This document shows positions 12,358-22,684 of a DNA stretch of 64,000 nt, in pieces. Position 1 is the stretch's first letter; each line of letters starts with the position of its first letter. Below the pieces are notes generated by a model. The model saw nothing but the letters and a program-made list of their open reading frames with translations. It searched no databases and was not told where the DNA came from. Source of the stretch: a bacterium (GTDB taxonomy: Bacteria; Zhuqueibacterota; Zhuqueibacteria; Residuimicrobiales; Krinioviventaceae). Made by a program: the position numbers and the translations under genes. The stretch is from the NCBI GenBank assembly GCA_963674595.2, contig CAXXFV010000008.1, positions 375,885 to 439,884 of the forward strand, written 5' to 3'.

Positions 12358-12628
12358 ATGTGACAAGATTGGTAGGCATTAAAATATCTGTAAATTAGTC
12401 TTTATTTAACCGGACTTGGATTTCAGGTATAACGTTCCTCAAAGAAAGGTAATGGCGAAAAAAACATTTTTATTTTATTAAAATTGTGTTTAAATTTACC
12501 CTTTATATTCGGCCGTAATTAGGGGCTATATCGGCTCTTCAATCAGCAACCCCACCAAAAATTTACATATCATCCAATATTATCATAAAAGTGGTAGTTT
12601 AGATGTCCATTACAAGGAAAATAAGGAA

Positions 12629-14359
12629 ATGGTTCAGGAAAAATTTGAACCCAAATTGTATACTGCTTTAAAGGGAGGATATTCTCTTTCGCTATTTTAC
12701 AGTGATCTTGCGGCAGGAACAATAGTTGGTATTGTCGCATTACCCCTGGCCCTGGCTTTTGCCATTGCCTCCGGAGTAAAACCGGAACAGGGTTTATATA
12801 CGGCTATTATTGCCGGTTTTTTAATTTCGTTTTTAAGCGGCAGCCGGGTGCAAATCGGCGGGCCGACCGGAGCGTTTATTGTTATTGTTTATAATATTGT
12901 GCAACGTTTTGGTTATGAAGGACTGGCCATTGCAACGGTTATGGCCGGTTTTCTGCTGGTTTTAATGGGAATTTCGCGGCTCGGTTCCATTATTAAATAT
13001 ATTCCCTATCCGGTCACAGTTGGATTTACAGCGGGAATTGCCCTTATCATTTTTGCCGGGCAATTGCGAGATTTTATCGGTTTAAATATGTCGGATGTTC
13101 CGGCCGAATTTGTTGAAAAATGGATTGCTTATGCAAAACATTTTCACACTATAAATTATTATGCTTTATTTGTCGGTATAATTACGTTATTGATTGTCAT
13201 TTTCTGGCCGAGGATTACCCATCGTGTTCCCGGATCACTTGTCGCTATTCTGTTAACTACAGCCATTGTGCATGTTTTTCACTTTCCTGTAGAAACCATA
13301 AACAGTCGTTTCGGACAGGTGTCGGCCCAGTTTCCCAAATTCCAGATACCTCAATGGGACTGGGTGTTGTTAAAAAGTTTGTTTTCTCCGGCAATATCAA
13401 TTGCATTGCTGGCAGGTATCGAGTCACTGCTTTCGGCCGTTGTTGCTGACGGAATGACAGGTAGAAAACACCGGTCCAACATGGAACTGGTGGCGCAGGG
13501 CGTTGCCAATATTTTTTCACCGTTATTCGGTGGCATCCCGGCAACCGGAGCAATTGCCAGAACTGCTACCAATATTAAAAACGGGGGGAAAACACCAATA
13601 GCCGGTATTGTTCATGCCGTTATTTTGTTACTTGTATTGTTGTTTTTTGGAAAATGGGCTTCGTTGATTCCCATGGCGACGCTTGCCGGTATTCTTATTA
13701 TTGTCGCTTATAATATGAGCGAATGGCATTTGTTTATCAAACTGTTCAAAAGTCCCAAAAGCGATGTGTTGGTTTTGCTTATTACATTTTTGCTTACCGT
13801 ATTCCTGGATTTGATCATTGCCATTCAGGCAGGTGTTGTTTTGGCGGCACTTTTGTTTATGCGCAGAATGACCCTTGTTACCCAAACCGGTTATATAAAC
13901 GGAATTGTTCAGGATGAAGAAGAACAGGAAGATATAAATAGTTTGTCGCGAAGGATTATCCCTGATAATGTCGAAGTATTTGAGATTAACGGTCCGTTTT
14001 TCTTTGGCGCTGCTGATAAATTTAAAAATGCATTGTCCCAGGTTCGTAAAAATCCAACGGTTTTGATCCTGCGATTACGTAAAGTTTTGTCGATTGATGC
14101 AACCGGATTACGTGCTTTGGAAGATGTTCTCAGTTCTACCAAAAAGGAGGGAACGACCCTCATTTTATCCGGTGTTCATGCTCAACCGTTATTCGCTTTG
14201 GAGCGGGCCGGACTGTTGGACAAAATTGGTGAAGATAATTTATTCGGAAATATTGATGATGCCTTAAACCGGGCCCGAAACCTGCTTGGACTGCCGGAAG
14301 TTGAACGTCCCACGCCCTTTGTACCGGTCGTTAAACGGGAAATGGACCAGATTGAATAG
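12629..14359 (+). CDS. sulP: SulP/SLC26 anion permease with C-terminal STAS domain
   Basis: DLAAGTIVGIVALPLALAFAIASG, GGPTGAF, GAIARTATN and STAS GPFFFGAA...IDATGL. Confidence 0.9.
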   Translation: MVQEKFEPKLYTALKGGYSLSLFYSDLAAGTIVGIVALPLALAFAIASGVKPEQGLYTAIIAGFLISFLSGSRVQIGGPTGAFIVIVYNIVQRFGYEGLAIATVMAGFLLVLMGISRLGSIIKYIPYPVTVGFTAGIALIIFAGQLRDFIGLNMSDVPAEFVEKWIAYAKHFHTINYYALFVGIITLLIVIFWPRITHRVPGSLVAILLTTAIVHVFHFPVETINSRFGQVSAQFPKFQIPQWDWVLLKSLFSPAISIALLAGIESLLSAVVADGMTGRKHRSNMELVAQGVANIFSPLFGGIPATGAIARTATNIKNGGKTPIAGIVHAVILLLVLLFFGKWASLIPMATLAGILIIVAYNMSEWHLFIKLFKSPKSDVLVLLITFLLTVFLDLIIAIQAGVVLAALLFMRRMTLVTQTGYINGIVQDEEEQEDINSLSRRIIPDNVEVFEINGPFFFGAADKFKNALSQVRKNPTVLILRLRKVLSIDATGLRALEDVLSSTKKEGTTLILSGVHAQPLFALERAGLLDKIGEDNLFGNIDDALNRARNLLGLPEVERPTPFVPVVKREMDQIE

Positions 14360-14391
14360 AAAAATATTGAGTTGAGGCTTTTTACAGAATT

Positions 14392-15780
14392 TTAATATCC
14401 GTTTCCCACTGATCGGATTCGAAAAAACGGTATTTGTTCTTTTTCATTATATTCAATCACCAGAAACAGATTATCCTTTTTTAGCAGATTTGCTTCCAGC
14501 CGTTCTGTTAATATTTTTTTTATAGAATGCTGTTGATTCTCTCCGGTGCATATCAGCGGAAGGATACCATAGTGGCCTGCCAACAGGCGGGCCTGTTGTG
14601 CCGTTTTACACAGTTTAAACAGGGGAACATGCCCGCGCAAAGCAGATAGTTTTTGAGAAAAGGATATTTCATCAGAAATATCAAAAATAATTTTTACCGG
14701 CAATTCAATGGAAGCGTCGATAGCCTTTTTTAAAATAAAATCGGTGACTGTTTTTGTACCTGCTGCTATGTTGCCGTTACTCCCTTTTTGTGATGTAATA
14801 TGCCGGGCAATCCGGGCCATTTGTTGAACCGCCTGAACAGGATATTTTCCATAGGCTGTTTCGCCGCTCAGGGTCAATGCATCGGCACCGTCGAGAATGG
14901 CGTTGGCAATATCACTGATTTCAGCACGGGTTGCACGGGGATGGTTTATCATGCTTTCCAGCATGTGCGTGGCAATGATAACCGGTTTATTCAACTTGCG
15001 ACAGGTTTGAATTATTTCCTTTTGTACAAGGGGCACATGTTCAACCGGAATTTCCACACCGAGATCACCCCTGGCGACAATAACACCAAAAGAGTGTTCG
15101 ATGATGTCCTGCAGGTTTGCAATGCTTTCCTTGCTTTCAATTTTGGCAATGATTTTAATGGGACTGTCGTGTTGATCCAGGATTTCCTGGACCGCTAAAA
15201 TGTCTTCCTTGTTACGCACAAAAGAGTGGGCAATAAAGTCGAGATTGTTGTCAATGGCAAATTTGATATAGTCCGGGTCCATCGGCGCCAGACTGGGGAC
15301 GTTCAGATGCACTCCGGGAACATTGACTGTTTTTTTGTCTTTTAAAACACCGTTATTTTCTGCTTTACAGACCAGGTGGTTCTGATCTTTTTGAATAACC
15401 GTAAATTCCAGAATACCGTCATCCATCAGGATTTTACAGCCTTCCGGGACATATTTTGCAAATTCTTTATAATTGACAGCAATTGTTTGGTTATCCTCAG
15501 GCTGACCACTGATTTTGACGATTTGACCTGTTGAAACAGGAATGTCTTTTGTTATTTGTGTGGTCCGAACTTCGGGTCCTTTGGTGTCCAATAGAATGGC
15601 AATGTCATCTGAAACCTGCCGGATATTTTTTATAGTGTGCGAGGTAGAATCCAGGGTTTGGTGGGCGGTATTGAGCCGGACAATGTTCATACCATTTTCA
15701 TAAAGGGATTTCAGCAATGTTACATCACAATTCGCATCGGAAATAGTGCACATAATTTTAGTCAGTTTGTCGGCAAGCAT
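14392..15780 (-). CDS. pyk: Pyruvate kinase
   Basis: TKIMCTI, RLNTAH, LLDTKGPEVRT, IIAKIE, VARGDLGVE, ATRAEISDIANAILDGADALTLSGETA. Confidence 0.93.
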   Translation of the reverse strand: MLADKLTKIMCTISDANCDVTLLKSLYENGMNIVRLNTAHQTLDSTSHTIKNIRQVSDDIAILLDTKGPEVRTTQITKDIPVSTGQIVKISGQPEDNQTIAVNYKEFAKYVPEGCKILMDDGILEFTVIQKDQNHLVCKAENNGVLKDKKTVNVPGVHLNVPSLAPMDPDYIKFAIDNNLDFIAHSFVRNKEDILAVQEILDQHDSPIKIIAKIESKESIANLQDIIEHSFGVIVARGDLGVEIPVEHVPLVQKEIIQTCRKLNKPVIIATHMLESMINHPRATRAEISDIANAILDGADALTLSGETAYGKYPVQAVQQMARIARHITSQKGSNGNIAAGTKTVTDFILKKAIDASIELPVKIIFDISDEISFSQKLSALRGHVPLFKLCKTAQQARLLAGHYGILPLICTGENQQHSIKKILTERLEANLLKKDNLFLVIEYNEKEQIPFFRIRSVGNGY

Positions 15781-15798
15781 TCGAGGAAAAGTCCTTTC

Positions 15799-17010
15799 TC
15801 AGGTTTTTGGGATTCTGTTTTTATAAACCGCCGCCAGACCGCCGATGCTGGTTTCGCGGTAGACAGATGGCAAATCGTGTCCGGTTGTTTTCATAACATT
15901 AATAACTTCATCAAAAGAAATCAGATGAAATCCGCCGCTAAAGATGGAATAGTCCGCACAATCCAAAGCAGTTTTGGCGGCAAAGGCATTTCTTTCAATA
16001 CAGGGTATTTGCACCAGGCCGTTAACCGGATCGCAGGTAAGGCCAAGATGATGCTCCATGCCCATTTCAGCGGCATATTCTATTTGCCGTATATTACCAC
16101 CCAATAACTGTGTTACGGCTGCGGCTGCCATGGAACAGGCACTGCCGATTTCACCCTGGCAGCCGACTTCGGCCCCGGATATGGAGGCATTGTGTTTTAT
16201 CAACGTGCCCACAAGTCCGGCAGTCGCCAAAGCACGTAGAATTGCCTGGTCCGAACACTGGGTTGTTTCCTGGGTAAAAAGTAATACTGCCGGTAAAACC
16301 CCGCAGGAACCGCAGGTCGGGGCCGTTACAATTTCGCCGCCGGCTGCATTTTCTTCTGCTACGGCCAACGCATAGGAGGAAACAGTCCCTCTTTTTCGTA
16401 AATAGTCGCCGGACAAAATAGCTTTTCTGTGAAACACCCAGGCCTTGCGCGCCAGTCCCAAATCACCGGGAAGAACACCTTCCTGGTTTAAACCGCGTGT
16501 GATAGCGGATTTCATGGTGTGCCAGACCAGATTTAAATAATCCCATATTTCAGGCCCTTCCGTATGCTCAACAAGTTCCCAAAGAGCCTGACCGGTGCGT
16601 TCGCTGTGCAGCAGAATTTCATTAAATGAATTATATTTATATAAATGATGTTCGGATGATTCTTGATCCCCCTCAGAGAGCGCACCTCCGCCTATGCTGA
16701 ACACCTGCCAGGTCCCGAGAATGTTTTGTGATCCATCCAAAGCTTCAAACAACATACCGTTCGGATGAAAAGGGAGTATGGTGTCCGGCTGCCAGATGAT
16801 TTCCAGGTTTTTCGAGCCAAAGCACTCTTTTAAGGCCACATCCGTCAAGTGTCCTTTTCCGGTAGAAGCTAGACTGCCGTAAAGGGTAACACGGTAGCTG
16901 TCTGCCTGCGGGTATTTATTCAGAAATTTTGTGGCGGCACTGCGGGGCCCCATTGTATGACTCGAAGACGGTCCATGACCAATTCGATATAGTTCTTTAA
17001 TTGATTCCAT
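15799..17010 (-). CDS. sdaA: L-serine ammonia-lyase (Fe-S dependent, single chain)
   Basis: IGHGPSSSHTMGP, VTAPTCGSCG, ISGAEVGCQGE, EHHLGLTCDPV, PCIERNA. Confidence 0.93.
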   Translation of the reverse strand: MESIKELYRIGHGPSSSHTMGPRSAATKFLNKYPQADSYRVTLYGSLASTGKGHLTDVALKECFGSKNLEIIWQPDTILPFHPNGMLFEALDGSQNILGTWQVFSIGGGALSEGDQESSEHHLYKYNSFNEILLHSERTGQALWELVEHTEGPEIWDYLNLVWHTMKSAITRGLNQEGVLPGDLGLARKAWVFHRKAILSGDYLRKRGTVSSYALAVAEENAAGGEIVTAPTCGSCGVLPAVLLFTQETTQCSDQAILRALATAGLVGTLIKHNASISGAEVGCQGEIGSACSMAAAAVTQLLGGNIRQIEYAAEMGMEHHLGLTCDPVNGLVQIPCIERNAFAAKTALDCADYSIFSGGFHLISFDEVINVMKTTGHDLPSVYRETSIGGLAAVYKNRIPKT

Positions 17011-17131
17011 AGAATCTCTCGTTTTTTGTTAAATTTATTTTGCGGAATAATGTAAGCAACTCTGATAAAAAAAGCAAAAGAAGAGATGAGGACGATGTGT
17101 TCCCGGTGGTTTTTAGCCTGATGATGCTTAT

Positions 17132-17163
17132 AAAAAATCAGCCTGCATATAAACAGGCTGATT
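17132..17163 (-). terminator. Rho-independent terminator after the sulfatase
   Basis: aatcagcctg...caggctgatt stem, preceded on the + strand by an A run (T tract on the minus strand). Confidence 0.75.
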
Positions 17164-17174
17164 ATCGTTTCTAT

Positions 17175-18770
17175 TTAATCTATAACAATATTTGTGTCCC
17201 CATATTTTTCCTGCAAGGCCTTTAATTGTTTTGTTAAAGACACAACCACATCTTTATAGGCAGGATCATTATAAAGATTGTTAACCTCGTTCGGGTCTTT
17301 TTTCAGATCATACAGTTCCCACGCGTCAATGTCATGATAAAAGTGGATCAGTTTATATTGTTCGGTACGAATGCCGTAATGTCGTTTTACATCGTGCCAG
17401 CCGTGTGGAAATTCGTAATAGTGGTAATACATTTCTTTTCGCCAGTCTGCCGGTGATTGTCCCTCAAGGATTGGCCTTAGGGATTTACCCTGCATTTCAT
17501 TGGGTGCGGCAACGCCGGCAAAGTCGAGAAAGGTGGGTGCAAAATCAAGGTTAAGGACCATGTTATTGACGACCTGCCCTGGTTTTATATCAGCCGGATA
17601 GCGCATTAACAGCGGCATACTCAGAGATTCTTCGTACATAAACCGTTTATCAAACCAGCCGTGTTCACCGAGATAAAATCCCTGGTCCGAAGTGTACACG
17701 ACCAGTGTGTTATCTGCCAGATTTTCTTTGTCCAGATAATCGAGCAGGCGGCCGACACTTTCATCAACAGAAAGAATACAGGAAAGGTAATCCTGCATAT
17801 AGCGCCGGTATTTCCACTTTAACAGTTCCTTGCCCTTTAAATTTGCCTTTTTAAAATCCCGGCTCACTTTATCATAATAATCTCTCCAGGCCTGGCTTTG
17901 TTCGGCAACTTTTTTCTCTTCACTGTTGAACCAACCCTCTACGACTTTGGGGGCGGATTTTTTACTGCCGCCTGTACCGGTATCTTTAACAAAAGCGTCT
18001 CTATTCAATTTCAGATCATAGGATAAAAACATATCATCAATACGCATATCTGCTGTTTTTGCCGCATCTGTTCGGGTATCATAATCATCAAACAGCGTTT
18101 CCGGTATTGGAAGCTCTTTGTCGTCAAAAGCACCCAAATACTTGGAGTTTGGCATCCAGTTTCGGTGCGGAGCTTTATGATGCATCAACATGCAGAAAGG
18201 TTTGCTTTTGTCCCGGTTTTCCAGAATATCCAGGGCTTTGTCCGTCAACAAGTCCGTGGTATAACCGGTAAGCTGTTTTTCCTCGCCGTTTTCGATTAAT
18301 ACTGGATTATAATATACACCCTGTCCTTTTAAAATTTTCCATTCATCGAAACCGGTCGGTTCGGATTTTAAATGCCATTTTCCCACAACAAAAGTCTGAT
18401 AACCGGTTTTTTGCAGTAACTTGGGAAAAGTAACCTGGTTGCCGTCAAACACATCACGATTGTCGCGAAGTCCGTTAATGTGACTATATTTCCCGGTCAG
18501 TAAAACAGCCCGGCTTGGTGCACAAATGGAATTGGTGACAAAGCTGTTATCAAAACGAACACCCTGGTCGGCAATTCGATCTATATTGGGTGTTTGTATA
18601 AGTTTGCTGCCATAGCAGCTAATGGCCTGTTCAGCATGGTCGTCGCTCATGATATAAAGAATGTTGGGCGGAGACGATTTTTTGCTGCATGATGAAAAAA
18701 ATGTGGGTGCTGTAAGAGCAGCAGCACCAAGACCTGTGGTTTTTAAAAAAGATCGGCGTGTTTGTTTCAT
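17175..18770 (-). CDS. Tat-exported Cys-type S1 sulfatase, probable lipoprotein
   Basis: Likely start MKQTRRSFLK (twin-arginine) at 18770 with SD gagg. Motifs NILYIMSDDH, SICAPSRA (CxPxR), GKWHL, HKAPH, YTSDQG and FDKRFMYEES. Confidence 0.9.
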   Translation of the reverse strand: MKQTRRSFLKTTGLGAAALTAPTFFSSCSKKSSPPNILYIMSDDHAEQAISCYGSKLIQTPNIDRIADQGVRFDNSFVTNSICAPSRAVLLTGKYSHINGLRDNRDVFDGNQVTFPKLLQKTGYQTFVVGKWHLKSEPTGFDEWKILKGQGVYYNPVLIENGEEKQLTGYTTDLLTDKALDILENRDKSKPFCMLMHHKAPHRNWMPNSKYLGAFDDKELPIPETLFDDYDTRTDAAKTADMRIDDMFLSYDLKLNRDAFVKDTGTGGSKKSAPKVVEGWFNSEEKKVAEQSQAWRDYYDKVSRDFKKANLKGKELLKWKYRRYMQDYLSCILSVDESVGRLLDYLDKENLADNTLVVYTSDQGFYLGEHGWFDKRFMYEESLSMPLLMRYPADIKPGQVVNNMVLNLDFAPTFLDFAGVAAPNEMQGKSLRPILEGQSPADWRKEMYYHYYEFPHGWHDVKRHYGIRTEQYKLIHFYHDIDAWELYDLKKDPNEVNNLYNDPAYKDVVVSLTKQLKALQEKYGDTNIVID

Positions 18771-18786
18771 ATTGACCTCTTTTTTA

Positions 18787-19638
18787 TTAATATTTTTCCG
18801 GAATAAACGTCTGATCTGAAATTGGCGGCCGGATATAACCATTGTCGGGCTGCCTGGGCGGCAGAACGATGGGGGCCGGTGTCAGGTCTTCATAGTGAAT
18901 TAAACTCAGCAAGTGGCTGATACAGTTTAATCGCGCCCGTTTTTTATTGTCAGCGTTAACAACATACCAGGGCACTTGTTTAATATCTGTGTATTTAAAC
19001 ATTTCATCTTTGGCTTTGGAATATTCAACCCAACGCCTGCGTGACTCCAGGTCCATTTCGCTCAGTTTCCAGCGTTTGGTCGGGTCATTAATGCGCGCCT
19101 GAAACCGTCGTTCCTGTTCTTCATCGGAAACTGAAAACCAATATTTAATAAGGATGATGCCGGACCGAACGAGCATACGTTCAAATTCCGGACAAGACCG
19201 CATAAACTCATCGTATTCTTTATTCGTACAAAATCCCATCACATGTTCTACTCCGGCACGATTATACCAGCTTCGGTCAAATAAAACCATTTCACCGGCG
19301 GCCGGCAGATGTGCCGCATATCGTTGAAAATACCATTGTGATTTTTCACGTTCCGTTGGTGTTGCCAATGCTGCAACACGACAGATACGTGGATTCAACC
19401 GTTGGGTAATACGTTTGATAACTCCGCCCTTACCGGCGGCGTCGCGTCCCTCAAACAACACAACAACCTGAAGTCCTTTAAACTTTATCCATTCCTGAAG
19501 CTTGACCAGTTCCGACTGCAAGTTAGCCAGCTCGCGGAAATACAGTTTGTTTTTTATTTTTTTGCTGTCTTTGGTGACCGGCTCTATCAACCGTTTTGTT
19601 TTTAAATCCGGTTTTTTCTCTTTGGGATGATTTGACAT
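18787..19638 (-). CDS. ppk2: Polyphosphate kinase 2
   Basis: FEGRDAAGKGG Walker A, FDRSWYNRAGVE, QERRFQAR. Confidence 0.95.
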   Translation of the reverse strand: MSNHPKEKKPDLKTKRLIEPVTKDSKKIKNKLYFRELANLQSELVKLQEWIKFKGLQVVVLFEGRDAAGKGGVIKRITQRLNPRICRVAALATPTEREKSQWYFQRYAAHLPAAGEMVLFDRSWYNRAGVEHVMGFCTNKEYDEFMRSCPEFERMLVRSGIILIKYWFSVSDEEQERRFQARINDPTKRWKLSEMDLESRRRWVEYSKAKDEMFKYTDIKQVPWYVVNADNKKRARLNCISHLLSLIHYEDLTPAPIVLPPRQPDNGYIRPPISDQTFIPEKY

Positions 19639-20044
19639 GATAACTCCATGAGCGCTTTGATGTTAACAATCAATAGAGTTTATAATTGTCATAATACAAC
19701 AATACACTGGAAATGGCAAGTGAAAAGTGGAAATTAAAAAATAAAACCGCGAATGCCCCGGAATAAATTTTATTATTTTCAAAAAATATACTTGATACCT
19801 ATTTGTTTTGACATTACATTTAAACAATAATATTAAATAAACATGGGGTTTCGAACATGGGAACTCTGCTTATGGTTAAAAGGGTATTGATCTCTTCTAC
19901 TCTTTACATTAAAGTATTATTCAAATTGTTCTTTCACACATACATTTCGGGCCGGTTTTAATAAAGTTGTTTACAATATTTTTTTTGATGAAATATTAAA
20001 AGCAACGAAATCTAAAGTGTATTGCCTTTAACAGGAGGTAAATT

Positions 20045-20482
20045 ATGAAATACATGTATAAACTATTCCTGTGTTTGTTGTCATTAGTCGCATTGAATTG
20101 TAAAGAAGACAAGGAAATTTTTTCCGAATCTGTAACTAAAGATATTGTCGGTACAATGTGGCGTTTGAAGGCTTTTGTGCCAGAAAATATATTTAAAATA
20201 ATACCACCGGAAGGGCAAGTTTACACTATAAAATTTTTAAATGATAGCACATATACTGGTAAAAGTGATTGTAATCAAATAATGGGAAGGTACATACTTG
20301 ACCCGCCTCAAATAATAAAAATACTAAATACTGGCACCACCTACGCCTTATGTCCTGACAATTCATTGTATAAACAATACTTGCTGGCGCTTCGGCACGT
20401 AAATTCTTACAAGATTGAAAAAGATGAACTCTATCTTTTTTGTGATGATAACTCAAAGCTTCATTTTGTTTGTGAAGAATAA
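20045..20482 (+). CDS. META/HslJ-domain lipoprotein
   Basis: Lipobox-like VALNC, then GTMWRL, GKSDCNQIMGRY, TTYALCP and YKIEKDELYL. Strong SD aggaggt. Confidence 0.75.
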   Translation: MKYMYKLFLCLLSLVALNCKEDKEIFSESVTKDIVGTMWRLKAFVPENIFKIIPPEGQVYTIKFLNDSTYTGKSDCNQIMGRYILDPPQIIKILNTGTTYALCPDNSLYKQYLLALRHVNSYKIEKDELYLFCDDNSKLHFVCEE

Positions 20483-20530
20483 ACGGTATGGATTTTGTCC
20501 GTGTTTAAAATTTAATGTCGGAATTTGAAA

Positions 20531-21199
20531 ATGAAAAAAACAAGTCTTGTTGCTATTTTTATCATAATTTTTTCAATTAATGCAAACAGTGCGTCCAACA
20601 CAAACATAGAAATTGGAGTGAATTATTCGTCTCTCAGAACAGAGGGGGGAACGAGTAAACCAGGACTTTGTTTTGGAGTCGGCAGGGATATTTATCCATT
20701 CCGTTCATTTAACGGTTATATCGGCTTTGGATTGTCCTATGTCCGAAGAACGGTAAGACTGGAAAATAAAACATGGCCTTCAGGATTTTATACAGACGAT
20801 TCTGACATTGTTTATGGAGATATCATTATAGATGAATCCTACCTGGATTTACCTGTAAAACTGGGGTATCATTTTAATAAAAGCAAAAGTATTTCAATTA
20901 ATATTTACACGTCTTTGACATTATCAATACCCATTAAAAATCATACTATTTATCAAACAAATAAAATAGTTTATTTAACACCTGATGAAAAAGGTACATT
21001 TTATTTTGATTATTACAAAACAGACGAAACTTATCTTGACAAATTCACTAATGCTCAGATTGGGTTTATTTTGTTTTTTAAAAAAGTTGGTTTGGGATGT
21101 CGATATGAAAAAGCATTAACCGAAACAGACTGCACAGGTTTTGTTCTTATAAAGGATAAGATCGATTCTTTTCAGATCATGGTTCATGTATATTTTTAA
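20531..21199 (+). CDS. Outer-membrane beta-barrel protein (PorT-like family)
   Basis: Signal peptide, IGVNYSS, YLDLPVKLGY, alternating beta-strand pattern and terminal VHVYF. Confidence 0.65.
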   Translation: MKKTSLVAIFIIIFSINANSASNTNIEIGVNYSSLRTEGGTSKPGLCFGVGRDIYPFRSFNGYIGFGLSYVRRTVRLENKTWPSGFYTDDSDIVYGDIIIDESYLDLPVKLGYHFNKSKSISINIYTSLTLSIPIKNHTIYQTNKIVYLTPDEKGTFYFDYYKTDETYLDKFTNAQIGFILFFKKVGLGCRYEKALTETDCTGFVLIKDKIDSFQIMVHVYF

Positions 21200-21339
21200 A
21201 ATACTGATACATTTCGGGCCAGTTATAGAATGATTTCTAAATTTCGATTTTCAGGCTGATATGAAAAGTTTTTTGTTTATCATTCAATGAAATCGGGTGT
21301 TATTCAATATTTTTAAGAGAAAAAATATTTATAAAATAC

Positions 21340-21368
21340 TTGCACTGTGCAATTAAATTTTGTATAAT
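21340..21368 (+). promoter_or_regulatory. Sigma70 promoter with a palindrome overlapping the -35 box
   Basis: TTGCAC-17 nt-TATAAT. ttgcac-t-gtgcaa (21340-21352) is a perfect 6-1-6 palindrome. Confidence 0.6.
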
Positions 21369-21625
21369 CATTTGTCATTCAAGGAATATTTTATTAAACG
21401 GTGGGTTTTGTTTAGGGTTTTTTAATCTATATTTCTTTTTGATTTTCCTTTTTTTAAAAATATGGGCCATTGTATATTATATTGATATAAATCTACTGTT
21501 ATTTAATTTCCATTTTTATGGAATGGGTGAGGTATGTTCTTTTTATATTAATTATAAAGAATATATAAAATATCAAAACAGCAATAAATAATTCTAATCT
21601 ATTACCTAATTAAAGGGAGTGTCTT

Positions 21626-22570
21626 ATGAAGTATGTTGTAAACATTTTAATGCTTTGTCTGTTTTTAACATTTGCAAATTCCTATTCTAATGAAAAAATC
21701 CAAAATGAACTAGACAGCCTGGCTTCAAAACTGGCAAAATTTGAACAATCAAATGAGAAACAATCTTTAAATAAAAGTTCGGCAATACTAAGCGGCCGCA
21801 GAGCACCCTATGCAATGATTTATGAACATACTGGTTTATTTGAATGGCAAATTCTTTCAGAGTGTTTTTATGATTTTGAAGTTGACACAACCTCAACTGT
21901 TAATGTCGATGTTGATTACAAACCTAATGATGATCTTTTTCCGACAATTCCTGCTTATTTTTATTTTTGTTCCAAAAGGCCCTATGACTCTTTGGATGAA
22001 TATAAAAACTTGATGGTTTATGTTTTCCAGGCTTTGGGAACAGATGTGAATGTTTTAGTTAATGAACAAGATTCCAAATATGGGCATACGGGTTATCATT
22101 ATTGCCAGTCATTTTCTTATAATGGGACAAAGTATGCAATCGATTCTTATTTTGTCTATGTCGATGATGTCGCATGTGTCGTATATTATATGACCGGCTA
22201 TTCATTTTATCAGAATTTTTTGTACAAAATATTTTTTGATATAGTGATGGATGTTCTTGATTTTAAAGATGCTCCAAACGCTGTAGCTGGTTATGATCAA
22301 AGACCTGTATCGTTTGATCTGGCACAAAATTATCCAAATCCGTTTAATTCTGAAACTAAAATAACCTATTCCGTGTCAACGCCCTCGAATGTTAAATTAG
22401 AATTATTTAACCTGCAGGGGCAACTGGTTAAAACACTTGTAAATTCATTTCATAACACAGGAGATTATCAAATTAACTGTAATGCAAATGACCTGGCAAG
22501 TGGAATTTATATCTATCGAATTTCAAGTCCGAATGATTATAAATCTCATCGTATGATTCTCATAAAATAA
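21626..22570 (+). CDS. Secreted hypothetical protein with T9SS-type-A C-terminal sorting domain
   Basis: Signal peptide and C-terminal LAQNYPNPFNSETKITY...LASGIYIYRI. Confidence 0.75.
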   Translation: MKYVVNILMLCLFLTFANSYSNEKIQNELDSLASKLAKFEQSNEKQSLNKSSAILSGRRAPYAMIYEHTGLFEWQILSECFYDFEVDTTSTVNVDVDYKPNDDLFPTIPAYFYFCSKRPYDSLDEYKNLMVYVFQALGTDVNVLVNEQDSKYGHTGYHYCQSFSYNGTKYAIDSYFVYVDDVACVVYYMTGYSFYQNFLYKIFFDIVMDVLDFKDAPNAVAGYDQRPVSFDLAQNYPNPFNSETKITYSVSTPSNVKLELFNLQGQLVKTLVNSFHNTGDYQINCNANDLASGIYIYRISSPNDYKSHRMILIK

Positions 22571-22587
22571 TGGTAAATTGTTTATGT

Positions 22588-22616
22588 GCGCCGGGACATT
22601 TATCCCGGCGCTGTTT
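22588..22616 (+). terminator. Probable terminator hairpin
   Basis: gcgccggga-cattta-tcccggcgc followed by tgttt. Confidence 0.65.
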
Positions 22617-22684
22617 AATTTGTTATATTGAAATATTTTAATTTCTTTGGGGAATCCTTTTTTAAATTTAAAAAATGAAAAAAC

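Larger units (their letters stand above)
19940..21227 (+). repeat. Pair of imperfect 21-bp direct repeats flanking a two-gene cassette
   Basis: atacatttcgggccggtttta (19940-19960) versus atacatttcgggccagttata (21207-21227), 19 of 21 identical with the first 14 exact. Confidence 0.75.

Noticed and set aside
14800-16375. Plus-strand ORFs of 105-156 aa overlapping pyk and sdaA (and similar nested ORFs elsewhere)
   Set aside because: They lie antisense or out of frame to well-conserved genes and show no motifs or ribosome-binding sites.
19966-19975. gttgtttaca matching the inner part of the IS481 terminal repeat
   Set aside because: The match is only 10 AT-rich bases, with no TGT terminus or partner end, and is compatible with chance.
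21340-21591. 83-aa Phe/Ile-rich ORF
   Set aside because: It is low-complexity AT-rich sequence that starts at the -35 box of a promoter and has no RBS, so it is likely spurious.
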